Origin: a virus | Lineage: Duplodnaviria; Caudoviricetes | Virus record (IMG/VR): IMGVR_UViG_3300020598_000119 | DNA length: 64,000 nucleotides | Direction: 5' to 3' (one strand) | Part shown: piece after piece, positions 31,252-40,274 of the stretch | Layout: each line of letters begins with the position of its first letter | Numbering within the stretch: the first letter of the stretch is position 1 | Notes under the pieces: generated by a model | What the model was told of the DNA's origin: nothing | The model's input: only the letters and a program-made list of their open reading frames with translations | Databases searched by the model: none | Position numbers and translations under genes: made by a program

Positions 31252-33522
31252 ATGGAAAAAGCAGAGGTCTCTAAAGGTGCTTCCCAGTTCACTCCAGAGC
31301 TAAAGAGCGCGTTTGAGCGAGCTAAAGCCGAAGTTGAGCACCGTGGCGCGGCTCATATCGATCTTGTATTCGCATTAAATGCGCTGCTCGACGACAAGTC
31401 GGTTGTCAAGGCGATGGCCGATAAGGGCATCGATTGCAACATGCTTCGGTTCTATATTGAAAAACACCTGGATAGCCGTAATTACCCTGAAGAAGTCGGT
31501 CGAGACGGCGTTTCATTGTCGTCTATTCTATTTAAGGCGATTTCTCAGGTTTTTCTCAGAAAGCCACAGCAGGAGGTCACCAATCTCGATTTATTGAACG
31601 AGATTTGGAATGTCCCTCCGACACCTGCCCGTGAATATTTTGCTATTTCTGCAATTGAACTGTGCCTTGCACAGGACGTTGAAACGATCAGAAATTGCTC
31701 CCGCGCGAACTTCGTTTTTGAACCAACTGGTTTGCCCGATAATGCGCAATCCGAAACGCGGCACGAAGGCATGCTCATTCCTTCACAAAATGTCGGCGCG
31801 AACCCCTCTTCCAACCACGCTACAGTGAATAACCGCGTGTTCAAGGACGTCGAATTCTGCACCAATCTTACGAATCAAGCCTTCCTGAAAAAGATTGACC
31901 CGGTGTTCGGTAGAGATCAGGAAGTCGACCGTATGACTGAGGTCATCACGCGCCGTAAGAAAAACAACCCTATCCTGCTTGGCGAGCCAGGCGTAGGTAA
32001 GACCGCAGTCGTTGAAGCATTGGCCGTCCGTATTGTTGAAGACAAGGTGCCCGGTCAGCTCAAGAACACTGAGATCGTAGCGCTTGATATTGCCCGTTTC
32101 ATCGCTGGAACGCGTCAGCGTGGTGACTTCGAGCAGAGGATCGCCAACCTCGTGGAAACGCTGGAGGCCAATCCAAACCTTATTCTATTCGTCGACGAAA
32201 TTCATGCCCTCGTAGGAGGCACACTTGGTGCATCGGACGCAGCAGAGCTTCTGAAGCCTGCGCTGTCAAGCGGGCGTATCCGTGTGATCGGCGCTACGAC
32301 CCATGGCGAGTATTTGAAATATTTCGGCCGAAACCCCGCAATGGCTCGCCGTTTTCAACCCATTGGAATTACAGAGCCGGACGTGGATCAGGCCATCAAA
32401 ATCATTGAGAAGGTAATCCCTACCTACGCTAAATTCCATAATCTAGCATATTGCGATGCTTCGGCTCGTCTCGCCGTTGAACTCTCGAAGTCATTCATCG
32501 TCGACAAGCAGCTACCGGATAAGGCCATCGACGTCATCGACGAAGCTGGAGCGTCTGCGGCCGCAGCTGGACGCAACACTGTCGAAGAAGCTGATTTTTT
32601 CAAGGTCGTCCAGCGCATGTCGGGTATCAAGATCGCATCGAACGAAATTTTTGCCTCGACCGTCCTTGACGATTTAAAGAAGCGAATCCTCGGGCAGGAC
32701 GAAGCCTGCAATAAGATCGCAAAGGCTCTCGCCCGGGCGAATTCCGGTCTTGCTCGTGAAGATCGCGCCAAGGCCTCAATCCTTCTCTATGGTCCAGACG
32801 CTTCAGGCAAGCGCCACGCCGCCCGACAGATTGCGAACATCCTGAACACAAAGATGATCCGCATTGACATGTCGGAGTTCGTTGAATCGCACTCCACGTC
32901 GCGTCTGATCGGTGCTCCTCCTGGATACGTCGGATACGGTGAGGGCGGTCAGTTATCAGAGGCTGTACGCCGCAATCCGTCGAGCGTGATCTTTTTGGAT
33001 CGCATGGACCTTGCTCACCCGAATGTCGCCAGCATCATCCTGCAGGCCATCGAGAATGGAGTCATTACCGATTCCATGGGCAACGTGGTTTCATTCACAG
33101 GCACCACAGTCGTCATGTCGGCTTCTTATGACAACCAGCGAAAGACCATCGGATTTGGAAGCTCTCAGATCGAAGAGACCGATGAACGTCCAGAGGGCCT
33201 GCCGCCCATGCTCCTCGATGCCGTGGATGTAGCGGTCGAGTTCAAGCCGATGCCGGAAGTTGCGCTCGTAACAGTTGCCGAGAAACATGTCTCTGAACTG
33301 GTCGGACGTCTCAAGAAACGGGATGTGCAGGTAACCATAGCGGGCAACATCAATGAAACCCTAGCTTCCATCGCCAAGGATGATAACGGCACCGCAAAGG
33401 CCGTCGAGCGAGCATTCAAAAAGCTGGTTGAAGATCCCGTACTGGACGCATTGCCGCGACGTGGTCAGCATCTAAAGGTGACCGTGGAAAACGAAAAGCC
33501 CACGGTGGAACTTATAGCTTAA
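31252..33522 (+). CDS. ClpA/ClpB-family AAA+ ATPase (second NBD degenerate)
   Basis: 'RRKKNNPILLGEPGVGKT', 'LFVDEIH', 'LPDKAIDVIDEA', 'RLIGAPPGYVG'. Confidence 0.9.
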   Translation: MEKAEVSKGASQFTPELKSAFERAKAEVEHRGAAHIDLVFALNALLDDKSVVKAMADKGIDCNMLRFYIEKHLDSRNYPEEVGRDGVSLSSILFKAISQVFLRKPQQEVTNLDLLNEIWNVPPTPAREYFAISAIELCLAQDVETIRNCSRANFVFEPTGLPDNAQSETRHEGMLIPSQNVGANPSSNHATVNNRVFKDVEFCTNLTNQAFLKKIDPVFGRDQEVDRMTEVITRRKKNNPILLGEPGVGKTAVVEALAVRIVEDKVPGQLKNTEIVALDIARFIAGTRQRGDFEQRIANLVETLEANPNLILFVDEIHALVGGTLGASDAAELLKPALSSGRIRVIGATTHGEYLKYFGRNPAMARRFQPIGITEPDVDQAIKIIEKVIPTYAKFHNLAYCDASARLAVELSKSFIVDKQLPDKAIDVIDEAGASAAAAGRNTVEEADFFKVVQRMSGIKIASNEIFASTVLDDLKKRILGQDEACNKIAKALARANSGLAREDRAKASILLYGPDASGKRHAARQIANILNTKMIRIDMSEFVESHSTSRLIGAPPGYVGYGEGGQLSEAVRRNPSSVIFLDRMDLAHPNVASIILQAIENGVITDSMGNVVSFTGTTVVMSASYDNQRKTIGFGSSQIEETDERPEGLPPMLLDAVDVAVEFKPMPEVALVTVAEKHVSELVGRLKKRDVQVTIAGNINETLASIAKDDNGTAKAVERAFKKLVEDPVLDALPRRGQHLKVTVENEKPTVELIA

Positions 33523-33530
33523 CGGAGATC

Positions 33531-34214
33531 ATGGTGAGGAAGATTATTCTTGCCGTACTCGTCAGTCTAGCCTCTCTCAGCGAGACTGCACTTGCAGAAA
33601 GCTCTGGCGCAGAAAACAGCGTCAGGGCCTCCTGTACCGTTAACGGAAGAATCGTCTATCGAGAAGACCTGCCTGCTACCGCATCTTTTGAGCAGCGCAA
33701 AAAAATCATGGATGCGTTTCCGTATGCCATGTGTATTTTCTTGGCAAATAGCGGCCCTCAAAACACTCAATCAACCGTCAGCGACTATGGATTTGATAGG
33801 GATGCTGGCTCAGATGATGGCCTGGTAGCTGCTTTGGCTGCCATTTCTGGAGGACAGACTGGCGAACGTTATCCAGACGACATAGCTCGCATGTTCCCAG
33901 GCGAGAAGGATGCAATGGACATTCTCGGCAACGGAACAACAGAATCTGAATCAAATGGGCCGAACCCAGCGAAGCAGAGCGATGGCTTTGTAAATCTGAC
34001 GCTAGGCATCTATAAAAACATGAAAATGGGCGACATTCTTGCTCATTGGAAGGTCATGCAAAAATATGGCCCCACTCTTAGAAAAATGACGCCCACATTC
34101 GATACAGTCGACGACATAACCGTCATGTCGATCATGCAGGTACCCGACGCATTGGCAGATAAAGTTTGCACGGAGGCGTCGGAAAAAGGACAGGGGTGCA
34201 TCGCCTTCTTTTAG
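33531..34214 (+). CDS. secreted hypothetical protein
   Basis: signal peptide. Confidence 0.55.
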   Translation: MVRKIILAVLVSLASLSETALAESSGAENSVRASCTVNGRIVYREDLPATASFEQRKKIMDAFPYAMCIFLANSGPQNTQSTVSDYGFDRDAGSDDGLVAALAAISGGQTGERYPDDIARMFPGEKDAMDILGNGTTESESNGPNPAKQSDGFVNLTLGIYKNMKMGDILAHWKVMQKYGPTLRKMTPTFDTVDDITVMSIMQVPDALADKVCTEASEKGQGCIAFF

Positions 34215-34240
34215 CGGGTGCCAAACCGACCTAAAGAAAC

Positions 34241-35083
34241 TCATCTAAACATATGAGCAGGCGGCTTTGGAGCATTTTTACGCTCTTTCTCCAACTCCAG
34301 TTCTCGGGACATTTTTGGCTTTGGCTGGGGCAACGCGACCGTTAAATCTTGGTTCAATGCACTTTCTGCGATGGCTACCGAAAGAGCGCCCCACTTGTCG
34401 GCCGGAATCAAGACATAGCCACGATCCCCCTTCATTTCGACCGCAAAGTTCTCCTGCGCCTTTCTCAAGGCTTCCGCCATCCGCCGCAGACGAGGGTTCC
34501 AGCCAATTTTTTTAACGGCGTAAGTCAACTTGTCGTTTATGGCATTCACAGATAGCCGCAGCTCATTCACGTATTGATTGCCGTCAGAAAAAACGCCGTT
34601 CCCAACTTGGGCCAGTCTTTTCCTTCGCCCGTTGGACTTCACGCCAGGCCTTGCCGTCATCTGGGAAAGCACGGCGGCTGCAAGAACAGGTTTAGGAAGA
34701 ACGAGTTCCGGCTCAGGGGAATCTATATCTTTGGATTTTTTTATGTCTTTAACATGCTTTTCTTCAAGCTCTTGCTCGACTTCATGTTCTATCTCCGCCT
34801 GAACCTCAAGCTTCATTTCCAATGTAGGACTTTGCTCTCTGATTTCCTCGACATAACCGTCGTCGGCCATCTGCAGGGGAACGGCGAATTCCGGTCGATG
34901 CTTCATGTTGAATTCACCTGCCGTATAACCAGTGTTGGCGTCAAACTCTTCAATCGCCTTGCGAACGCCGTCGAGCGCGAGCGCCAACGATGTTATGTCG
35001 AGTTCTGATATGGTTTTGCCATGGCGATGAACTAGCTGCATCGCGCGGACAGCATCCACCACTTTAAGAGCTTGATCGCGCAT
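34241..35083 (-). CDS. hypothetical protein
   Basis: 280-aa ORF, GGAGG RBS. Confidence 0.6.
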   Translation of the reverse strand: MRDQALKVVDAVRAMQLVHRHGKTISELDITSLALALDGVRKAIEEFDANTGYTAGEFNMKHRPEFAVPLQMADDGYVEEIREQSPTLEMKLEVQAEIEHEVEQELEEKHVKDIKKSKDIDSPEPELVLPKPVLAAAVLSQMTARPGVKSNGRRKRLAQVGNGVFSDGNQYVNELRLSVNAINDKLTYAVKKIGWNPRLRRMAEALRKAQENFAVEMKGDRGYVLIPADKWGALSVAIAESALNQDLTVALPQPKPKMSRELELEKERKNAPKPPAHMFR

Positions 35084-35140
35084 TTAACCTCCAAATATTG
35101 CGCCGATAGCGCAATTCAATAACAATCTAACAAAACTAGG

Positions 35141-36040
35141 ATGATCCAGGTGAGAGCAAAAGCCAAATTAATACTCGCGGCAATGCTAATGTCATCGAGT
35201 CCATCGAACGCTGAGCCGCAAAGAGATATTTGCGCTCAACTGGCTTCGTCTGACCCTGATTATATCTTGAACCAACTCAGGACATTCTCCCCAAATGTAA
35301 TGGGGAAACCAGCCATCACATGGAGCCGCGATGATCTTGTAAATCTGAGCAAGAACATCTTTGCTTGCGACGGATTACCGAAAGGATCTTCTAATACGCC
35401 AAAGGTCTCCCCGAACAGGTGGGTCAACCAACTGAACGCTGCTGGCAAAGTCGTGTTGCCAATCAACGATCTTAATCGAGCCGTCCAACAGGCCTATAAA
35501 CCACTCTGGAAATGGTCTGATATCCCTACATGTCAAAGCATCCTCAGCTGGAAGAGGGATCAAGTCTGGAATGAAAACAATTCGGAAGAATTATTCGGTA
35601 AGAATTTTCGCGAACTATCCCCTGCAGAAGCTACGATTGCAAAGGGGTTCACCAATGAATGCGTTGCCGTCGCGAAAAAGATTCTTGAATTAAATCGGAT
35701 GGATATGGGCGCAGCTGTAAAAATCGCAGACGATATCGAGCGCACCATTGAAAAAGAACAGGAAGCATCACAGGAAAAGAAGAACGGACTTGCGCCTTCC
35801 TTGAGAATTTATCATGAAGGCAGACGTATCCCCTTGGCATATCTGGGGCCGCAGTCCCGAAAATGGGTCGAATTCGTCAATAAATTCGAATTACAAGATT
35901 TGCCTATGCGCGTTGAGGATATGGTGACGGTCTCAAAATGGACGGAAATGGTGCTTAGCTCTAAGAAAGAGACCCCCGAAAGCGCCTTTGCCGAGGCAGT
36001 CCGAGCGGTGATTTCGAAGAGAATGTTCAGCCAAAAATAA
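35141..36040 (+). CDS. secreted Cys-containing hypothetical protein
   Basis: signal peptide; 299 aa. Confidence 0.55.
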   Translation: MIQVRAKAKLILAAMLMSSSPSNAEPQRDICAQLASSDPDYILNQLRTFSPNVMGKPAITWSRDDLVNLSKNIFACDGLPKGSSNTPKVSPNRWVNQLNAAGKVVLPINDLNRAVQQAYKPLWKWSDIPTCQSILSWKRDQVWNENNSEELFGKNFRELSPAEATIAKGFTNECVAVAKKILELNRMDMGAAVKIADDIERTIEKEQEASQEKKNGLAPSLRIYHEGRRIPLAYLGPQSRKWVEFVNKFELQDLPMRVEDMVTVSKWTEMVLSSKKETPESAFAEAVRAVISKRMFSQK

Positions 36041-36113
36041 TCGCTGCATGGCGATAATTCATTGACATTTTTCTGGTGGAATTTTAGTAATTTCCCATTC
36101 GAAGGGAAAAACG

Positions 36114-37400
36114 ATGACAATTATTGAAATTGCTGCAATGCTCGTGGTGCTTTCGGCCGTGCTCGGCTGGATCAACCACGTTTTCTTGGGCCTGCCACAC
36201 GCCATTGGCCTGCTAATCATGGGCCTATTCGGCTCACTTTGCCTTCTTACGGCATCATTTTTCATCCCAGGCTTTACGCTGACAGATGACCTTAATCATC
36301 TGATTTCGAGTATCGATTTCTTCGACACTGTGATGAATGGCATGCTTGCGTTCCTGCTTTTTGCTGCCGCATTGCATGTCGACGTCAAGTCCTTGAAGAG
36401 TCAGCGGATGCCGATCCTTCTGATGGCATCTTTTGGCGTTCTGGTTTCGACGGTCGTCGTGGGCGTGGGTCTTTGGGCACTTTCCAATATCGCTGGATTC
36501 GCCATCCCGATCTGGTGGGCGCTTGTGTTCGGCGCGTTGATCTCGCCAACAGATCCAGTTGCCGTTCTTTCTGTTCTCAAGACCGTCAAGGTACCTGAAA
36601 GCCTGGAAGCCAAGATCGCGGGCGAGAGCTTGTTCAATGACGGCGTTGGCGTCGTGGCGTTCACCGTGCTCCTGACCGTCGCTTTGGCGACGTCTGGCAT
36701 CATGCCGACAGCCAATCATCAGCTCGTCGACACATCTGGTGCGATGAACTACCTCGAAGTCATCAAGGTGTTCAGCGTTGAAGTTTTCGGGGCAATCGCC
36801 CTTGGTCTCGCCATTGGCGTGGCGGCACTCTGGCTTATCAAGAAGGTCGATGACGCCGCTCTTGAGACCCTGATCACCCTCGCGGTCGTTCTTGGCACCT
36901 ACGGCCTCGCCGTAAAGCTCCACTTCTCCGGCCCGATTGCCGTGGTCATTCCTGGCCTGATCATGGGTAACTGGGGCGCGAACAATGCCATGTCCGAAGA
37001 GACGAAGAGCCACCTGTTTCCGTTCTGGACCATGGTCGATGAAGTTCTGAACTCGGTTCTCTTCCTTTTGATCGGTCTCGAAGTCCTCGTGCTACGCTTT
37101 GATCAAAGCCACATCGTCGTATCGCTGCTTTGCATTCCGCTCGTTCTCGCAGCTCGCTACATCTCCGTCGCAACCCCAGTGACCTTTCTGCGGGCCGCTG
37201 GCCAGAAGTTCTCCAACGGCGCTGTCCGGATCATGACTTGGGGCGGTGTTCGCGGGGGCATTTCGGTGGCGCTGGCGCTGTCTCTGCCCGAGAATGAGTA
37301 CAAGAGTACGATCCTGACGGTAACCTACGTCGTCGTTGTCTTCTCGATCATCGTGCAGGGCCTGACCATTGCTCCACTGGTGAAAAGACTGGCCAAATAG
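36114..37400 (+). CDS. nhaP: Na+/H+ antiporter, CPA1 (NhaP) family
   Basis: 'FGALISPTDPVAV', 'GESLFNDG', 'WGGVRGGISVALAL'; many TM helices. Confidence 0.92.
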   Translation: MTIIEIAAMLVVLSAVLGWINHVFLGLPHAIGLLIMGLFGSLCLLTASFFIPGFTLTDDLNHLISSIDFFDTVMNGMLAFLLFAAALHVDVKSLKSQRMPILLMASFGVLVSTVVVGVGLWALSNIAGFAIPIWWALVFGALISPTDPVAVLSVLKTVKVPESLEAKIAGESLFNDGVGVVAFTVLLTVALATSGIMPTANHQLVDTSGAMNYLEVIKVFSVEVFGAIALGLAIGVAALWLIKKVDDAALETLITLAVVLGTYGLAVKLHFSGPIAVVIPGLIMGNWGANNAMSEETKSHLFPFWTMVDEVLNSVLFLLIGLEVLVLRFDQSHIVVSLLCIPLVLAARYISVATPVTFLRAAGQKFSNGAVRIMTWGGVRGGISVALALSLPENEYKSTILTVTYVVVVFSIIVQGLTIAPLVKRLAK

Positions 37401-37417
37401 GCTGCGCAATCAAACTC

Positions 37418-37458
37418 AACAAAAAAGCCGCCGAGTTACCTCAGGCGGCTTTTTTGTT
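37418..37458. terminator. bidirectional terminator
   Basis: AACAAAAAAGCCGCC..GGCGGCTTTTTTGTT. Confidence 0.8.
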
Positions 37459-37470
37459 CCTGTTGTGACA

Positions 37471-37758
37471 TCACATTCGAGGGCCAAGTGTCACGTCCTC
37501 CTCAACCTCGGTAGCAGTGTCTACGCGACTTCTGGCATCCCAGAATGGCTTAAATGCAAAAGGAAGATCAATCCATCTTTGGCCATCGCGCTCACTTGTG
37601 AATGATTCCTTGTTAGTGATGCCGCCTTCGGATTCAAAATCCCGAATAATCTGTTTAGCTATTTCTGTCTCTCGAACGTACAGATCACTCTGATGGCTAT
37701 CGGTTTCGCAACCTGCCTCGACTAGACGTTCATAGAGAGATTTGCGGTCTTCTGTCAT
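37471..37758 (-). CDS. hypothetical protein
   Basis: AAGGA RBS, MTEDRKS...; 'HQSDLYV'. Confidence 0.6.
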   Translation of the reverse strand: MTEDRKSLYERLVEAGCETDSHQSDLYVRETEIAKQIIRDFESEGGITNKESFTSERDGQRWIDLPFAFKPFWDARSRVDTATEVEEDVTLGPRM

Positions 37759-37896
37759 GGATCGTTCCTTGCTCGTGCTTTGAGCCGATAATGAGATCAA
37801 AGCCAGCAAACAACAAAGAAGGCACAAAAATGAGGAAAAAGGGTGACATGATGACCAAAGTACTCATGAAATCGTGAGCAAGAACAGATATCTATA

Positions 37897-37990
37897 TGGT
37901 GCGGACGGCAGGACTTGAACCTGCACGGAGAGTAGCAAGCTCTCCACTGGGACCTGAACCCAGCGTGTCTACCAATTCCACCACGGCCGC
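37897..37990 (-). tRNA. tRNA-Leu(CAG)
   Basis: CTGGG-TT CAG GT-CCCAG, long variable arm, CCA. Confidence 0.9.
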
Positions 37991-38008
37991 ATATTCTTTG
38001 ATTTGACT

Positions 38009-38092
38009 TGGTGTGGACGGCGGGGATCGAACCCGCACGCACGAAGCGGTGAATTTTAAGTTCACTGCGTCTACCTATTCCGCCACGTCCAC
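38009..38092 (-). tRNA. tRNA-Leu(TAA)
   Basis: GTGAA-CT TAA AA-TTCAC, CCA. Confidence 0.92.
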
Positions 38093-38158
38093 ATTTTTTA
38101 TTCGGCGGTAAGTAAGAAGAAGATTGATTGGTTGGTGGTGTCTTCTGCAGGCAGTCAG

Positions 38159-38242
38159 TGGTGCGGCTGAGAAGAGTCGAACTTCCACGGGTTGCCCCAC
38201 AGCGACCTCAACGCTGCGTGTCTACCATTCCACCACAGCCGC
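38159..38242 (-). tRNA. tRNA-Leu(GAG)
   Basis: CAGCG-TT GAG GT-CGCTG, CCA. Confidence 0.92.
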
Positions 38243-38280
38243 ACAGTTCCGCTGATCAACGACGGCGAAGTCACAAGTAT

Positions 38281-38355
38281 TGGAACCGAAGGATGGAGTC
38301 GAACCATCGTCTCTGGAGCCACAATCCAGCGCTCTAACCATTGAGCTACAACGGC
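38281..38355 (-). tRNA. tRNA-His(GTG), mismatched acceptor stem
   Basis: CTGGA-TT GTG GC-TCCAG, CCA. Confidence 0.85.
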
Positions 38356-38365
38356 AAACAGGCAT

Positions 38366-38510
38366 CGCTAAGTAAAGGGACTCGAACCCTTAACGCAGAA
38401 TCGGTCTGGTTCGTATCTGCCATTGGTTTCTGCCATGAACCAGGGGTATGAATACCCATTCGTGATTGGCTTGACCTCAACGTCGTCTACCACTTCCGAC
38501 ATACTCAGCG
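38366..38510 (-). other. tRNA-Leu-like element with about 60-nt internal insertion, no CCA
   Basis: GCTGAGTA/TACTTAGC acceptor, Leu-type D-loop GGTAGAC, CGTTGAGGTC, T-arm AAGGGTTCGAGTCCCTT. Confidence 0.55.
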
Positions 38511-38542
38511 AATTTCGATAAGGACCCGAGGCCCTTGAAACT

Positions 38543-38645
38543 TGGTGGCAGAACAGGCACTTGATCTCAGCGGATGATCAATCCGTGATCTTTGACCAGT
38601 ACGCCGACTCCGACGAATGTACCTAGGATACGTCAGGGTCCTGCC
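38543..38645 (-). ncRNA. tRNA-like RNA (acceptor stem plus ACCA, non-canonical body)
   Basis: GGCAGGAC/GTTCTGCC-ACCA. Confidence 0.4.
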
Positions 38646-38652
38646 ATTTAAG

Positions 38653-38729
38653 TGGTCGGAGTGGCAGGCTTCGAACCTGCGACCTATGGTTCCCAAAACC
38701 ATCGCGCTACCAGGCTGCGCTACACTCCG
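38653..38729 (-). tRNA. tRNA-Pro(TGG)
   Basis: ATGGT-TT TGG GA-ACCAT, CCA. Confidence 0.92.
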
Positions 38730-38794
38730 AATTCTTCATGCACGGGCCGAGCAGCGCCACTGAAGGCAGTAGGTCTCGGCCCGTTAGTTTAACT

Positions 38795-38886
38795 TGGTGG
38801 GGGACGGCTAGAGTTGAACTGCTTGCCGCATAGGGACCCGGTTTACAGCCCGGTGACAGGACCGCCCATCCTTATTGGCGTCCCCC
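38795..38886 (-). tRNA. atypical tRNA with GTA (Tyr) anticodon, 8-bp acceptor stem
   Basis: GGGGGACG/CGTCCCCC-ACCA, D-stem AGGAT/GTCCT, loop CT GTA AA. Confidence 0.6.
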
Positions 38887-38891
38887 ATAAA

Positions 38892-39105
38892 TGGTGGAGA
38901 TGACAGGATTTGAACCTGCGCAGACCGTGATGACCTTCGCATTACCAAAGGCTCCCAATTGGTTTGAAACGCGCTTCCCTACTCGGCCCTCTCTGGCTGT
39001 TTCGGTGCATCCGCAAAGACCCCAATCGAGATTTGTCACGTCCCTGTTTTACCAGAGCCGGATTCCGTTTCCCGGTGCCCATGCCGACCTCAGGCGGACA
39101 TCCCC
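38892..39105 (-). ncRNA. 214-nt tmRNA-like RNA (tRNA-like domain with G3-U70)
   Basis: GGGGATG/CATCTCC-ACCA, T-arm GCAGGTTCAAATCCTGT. Confidence 0.55.
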
Positions 39106-39107
39106 AT

Positions 39108-39185
39108 TGGCTTGAACGGCAAGGATTTGAACCTGCGACCTCCTGGACCCATTCCAGGCGCGCTCCCAGACTGCGCTACATTCAA
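39108..39185 (-). tRNA. degenerate tRNA-Pro-like (TGG, A at position 33)
   Basis: Pro-type D-arm TAGCGCAGTCTGG, CCTGG-AA TGG GT-CCAGG, CCA. Confidence 0.55.
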
Positions 39186-39406
39186 GACAAACTAGATTTG
39201 ACCAAAACATGGTCAGAAACTTTTGGCACTCACAGCGACGCCAAGGATCATCAGTCGCTGTCTCTCCACGGGAGAGGGATCTTCAGGCTCGTCCACGATC
39301 CGCCGCCTGTTCCTAAAAGTGCCACCGAAACAGCAGCTGGCCAGCCGCCATTCCGCAGGCTTCCTGGGATTGTTCTAGAATTTGCCCAGTATAGCCTTTG
39401 AAGCTG

Positions 39407-39489
39407 TGGTGCGGATGAGAGGAATCGAACCTCCACGGTTGCCCGTCAGAACCTAAATCTGATGCGTCTACCAATTTCGCCACATCCGC
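39407..39489 (-). tRNA. tRNA-Leu(TAG)
   Basis: TCAGA-TT TAG GT-TCTGA, CCA. Confidence 0.92.
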
Positions 39490-39519
39490 ATATTTCCCAA
39501 AGGGGAAAAGGAAAAATGA

Positions 39520-39596
39520 TGGTCGGAGCAGCAGGACTCGAACCTGCGACCCCCTGATCCCAAATCAGGTGCGCTACCAGACTGCGCTATGCTCCG
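39520..39596 (-). tRNA. tRNA-Pro(TGG)
   Basis: CCTGA-TT TGG GA-TCAGG, CCA. Confidence 0.93.
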
Positions 39597-39683
39597 TTTT
39601 ATTCAAAAATCATATTTCCATTTCCTCTTCAAGGGGGTCAAATCGAATTTAAAAACTCCATCATCTGACCCCCTTACATAATT

Positions 39684-39766
39684 TGGTACGGCAGAGAGGA
39701 CTCGAACCTCCACGTCAGAGACAATGGATTTTGAATCCACCGCGTCTACCATTCCGCCACTGCCGC
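39684..39766 (-). tRNA. tRNA-Leu(CAA)
   Basis: GTGGA-TT CAA AA-TCCAT, CCA. Confidence 0.92.
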
Positions 39767-39771
39767 AAACA

Positions 39772-39855
39772 TGGTGTAGGGAGTTGGATTCGAACCAACG
39801 TGGATTGCTCAACGGATTTACAGTCCGCCCCTTTCGGCCTCTCGGGCACCCCTAC
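39772..39855 (-). tRNA. tRNA-Tyr(GTA)
   Basis: GCGGA-CT GTA AA-TCCGT, CCA. Confidence 0.93.
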
Positions 39856-39990
39856 AATTCCTCGCAAACCAGCTACCAAGAGAATAACGCGGTGACGGCC
39901 ACGGTATTCAAAGCCAGATTGCTCTGTTCTTGCTCACAATTTCAAAGATCATTCTGCGGGAGCAGAACCCCCTTTCGGGGAAAAACACGC

Positions 39991-40040
39991 AAAAAAAAAG
40001 AAGAACCCTCGTTAGCGGTCGGCCAGCGAGGGTTCTTCTT
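39991..40040 (-). terminator. attenuator terminator of the Leu/Pro/His/Tyr tRNA operon
   Basis: AAGAAGAACCCTCG..CGAGGGTTCTTC followed by T9. Confidence 0.85.
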
Positions 40041-40067
40041 GGTCTGATCGAAGGATTTACTTAAGCG

Positions 40068-40229
40068 TTAAAATCCTTCTTTCGCCAATACAGCCCGCTG
40101 ACCGCAACCCAGATACGGGAGCGGTAACAAATGGGGGGGATGAGGCAGAGCGGAAACGGCACGCGTCAGGGCGACGCGAGCAGAAACTGCCGCAACCTTT
40201 CCCTGTACTGTCTGTGCCGAAGCGTTCAT
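40068..40229 (-). CDS. leader peptide MNASAQTVQGKVAAVSARVALTRAVSALPHPPHLLPLPYLGCGQRAVLAKEGF
   Basis: GAGGA RBS; 13 consecutive Leu/Pro/His/Tyr codons at 40148-40110. Confidence 0.8.
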   Translation of the reverse strand: MNASAQTVQGKVAAVSARVALTRAVSALPHPPHLLPLPYLGCGQRAVLAKEGF

Positions 40230-40274
40230 CGTTCTATCCTCAAAGTTGGCGACTGGAATTCGTCGTGTTGCCTA

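Noticed and set aside
36255-37013. 252-aa minus-strand ORF
   Set aside because: Antisense shadow of nhaP.
37797-40047. Several ORF-track entries across the middle tRNA array (similar ones at 18159-18407 and 41954-43064)
   Set aside because: They overlap clear tRNA genes and are translation artefacts.
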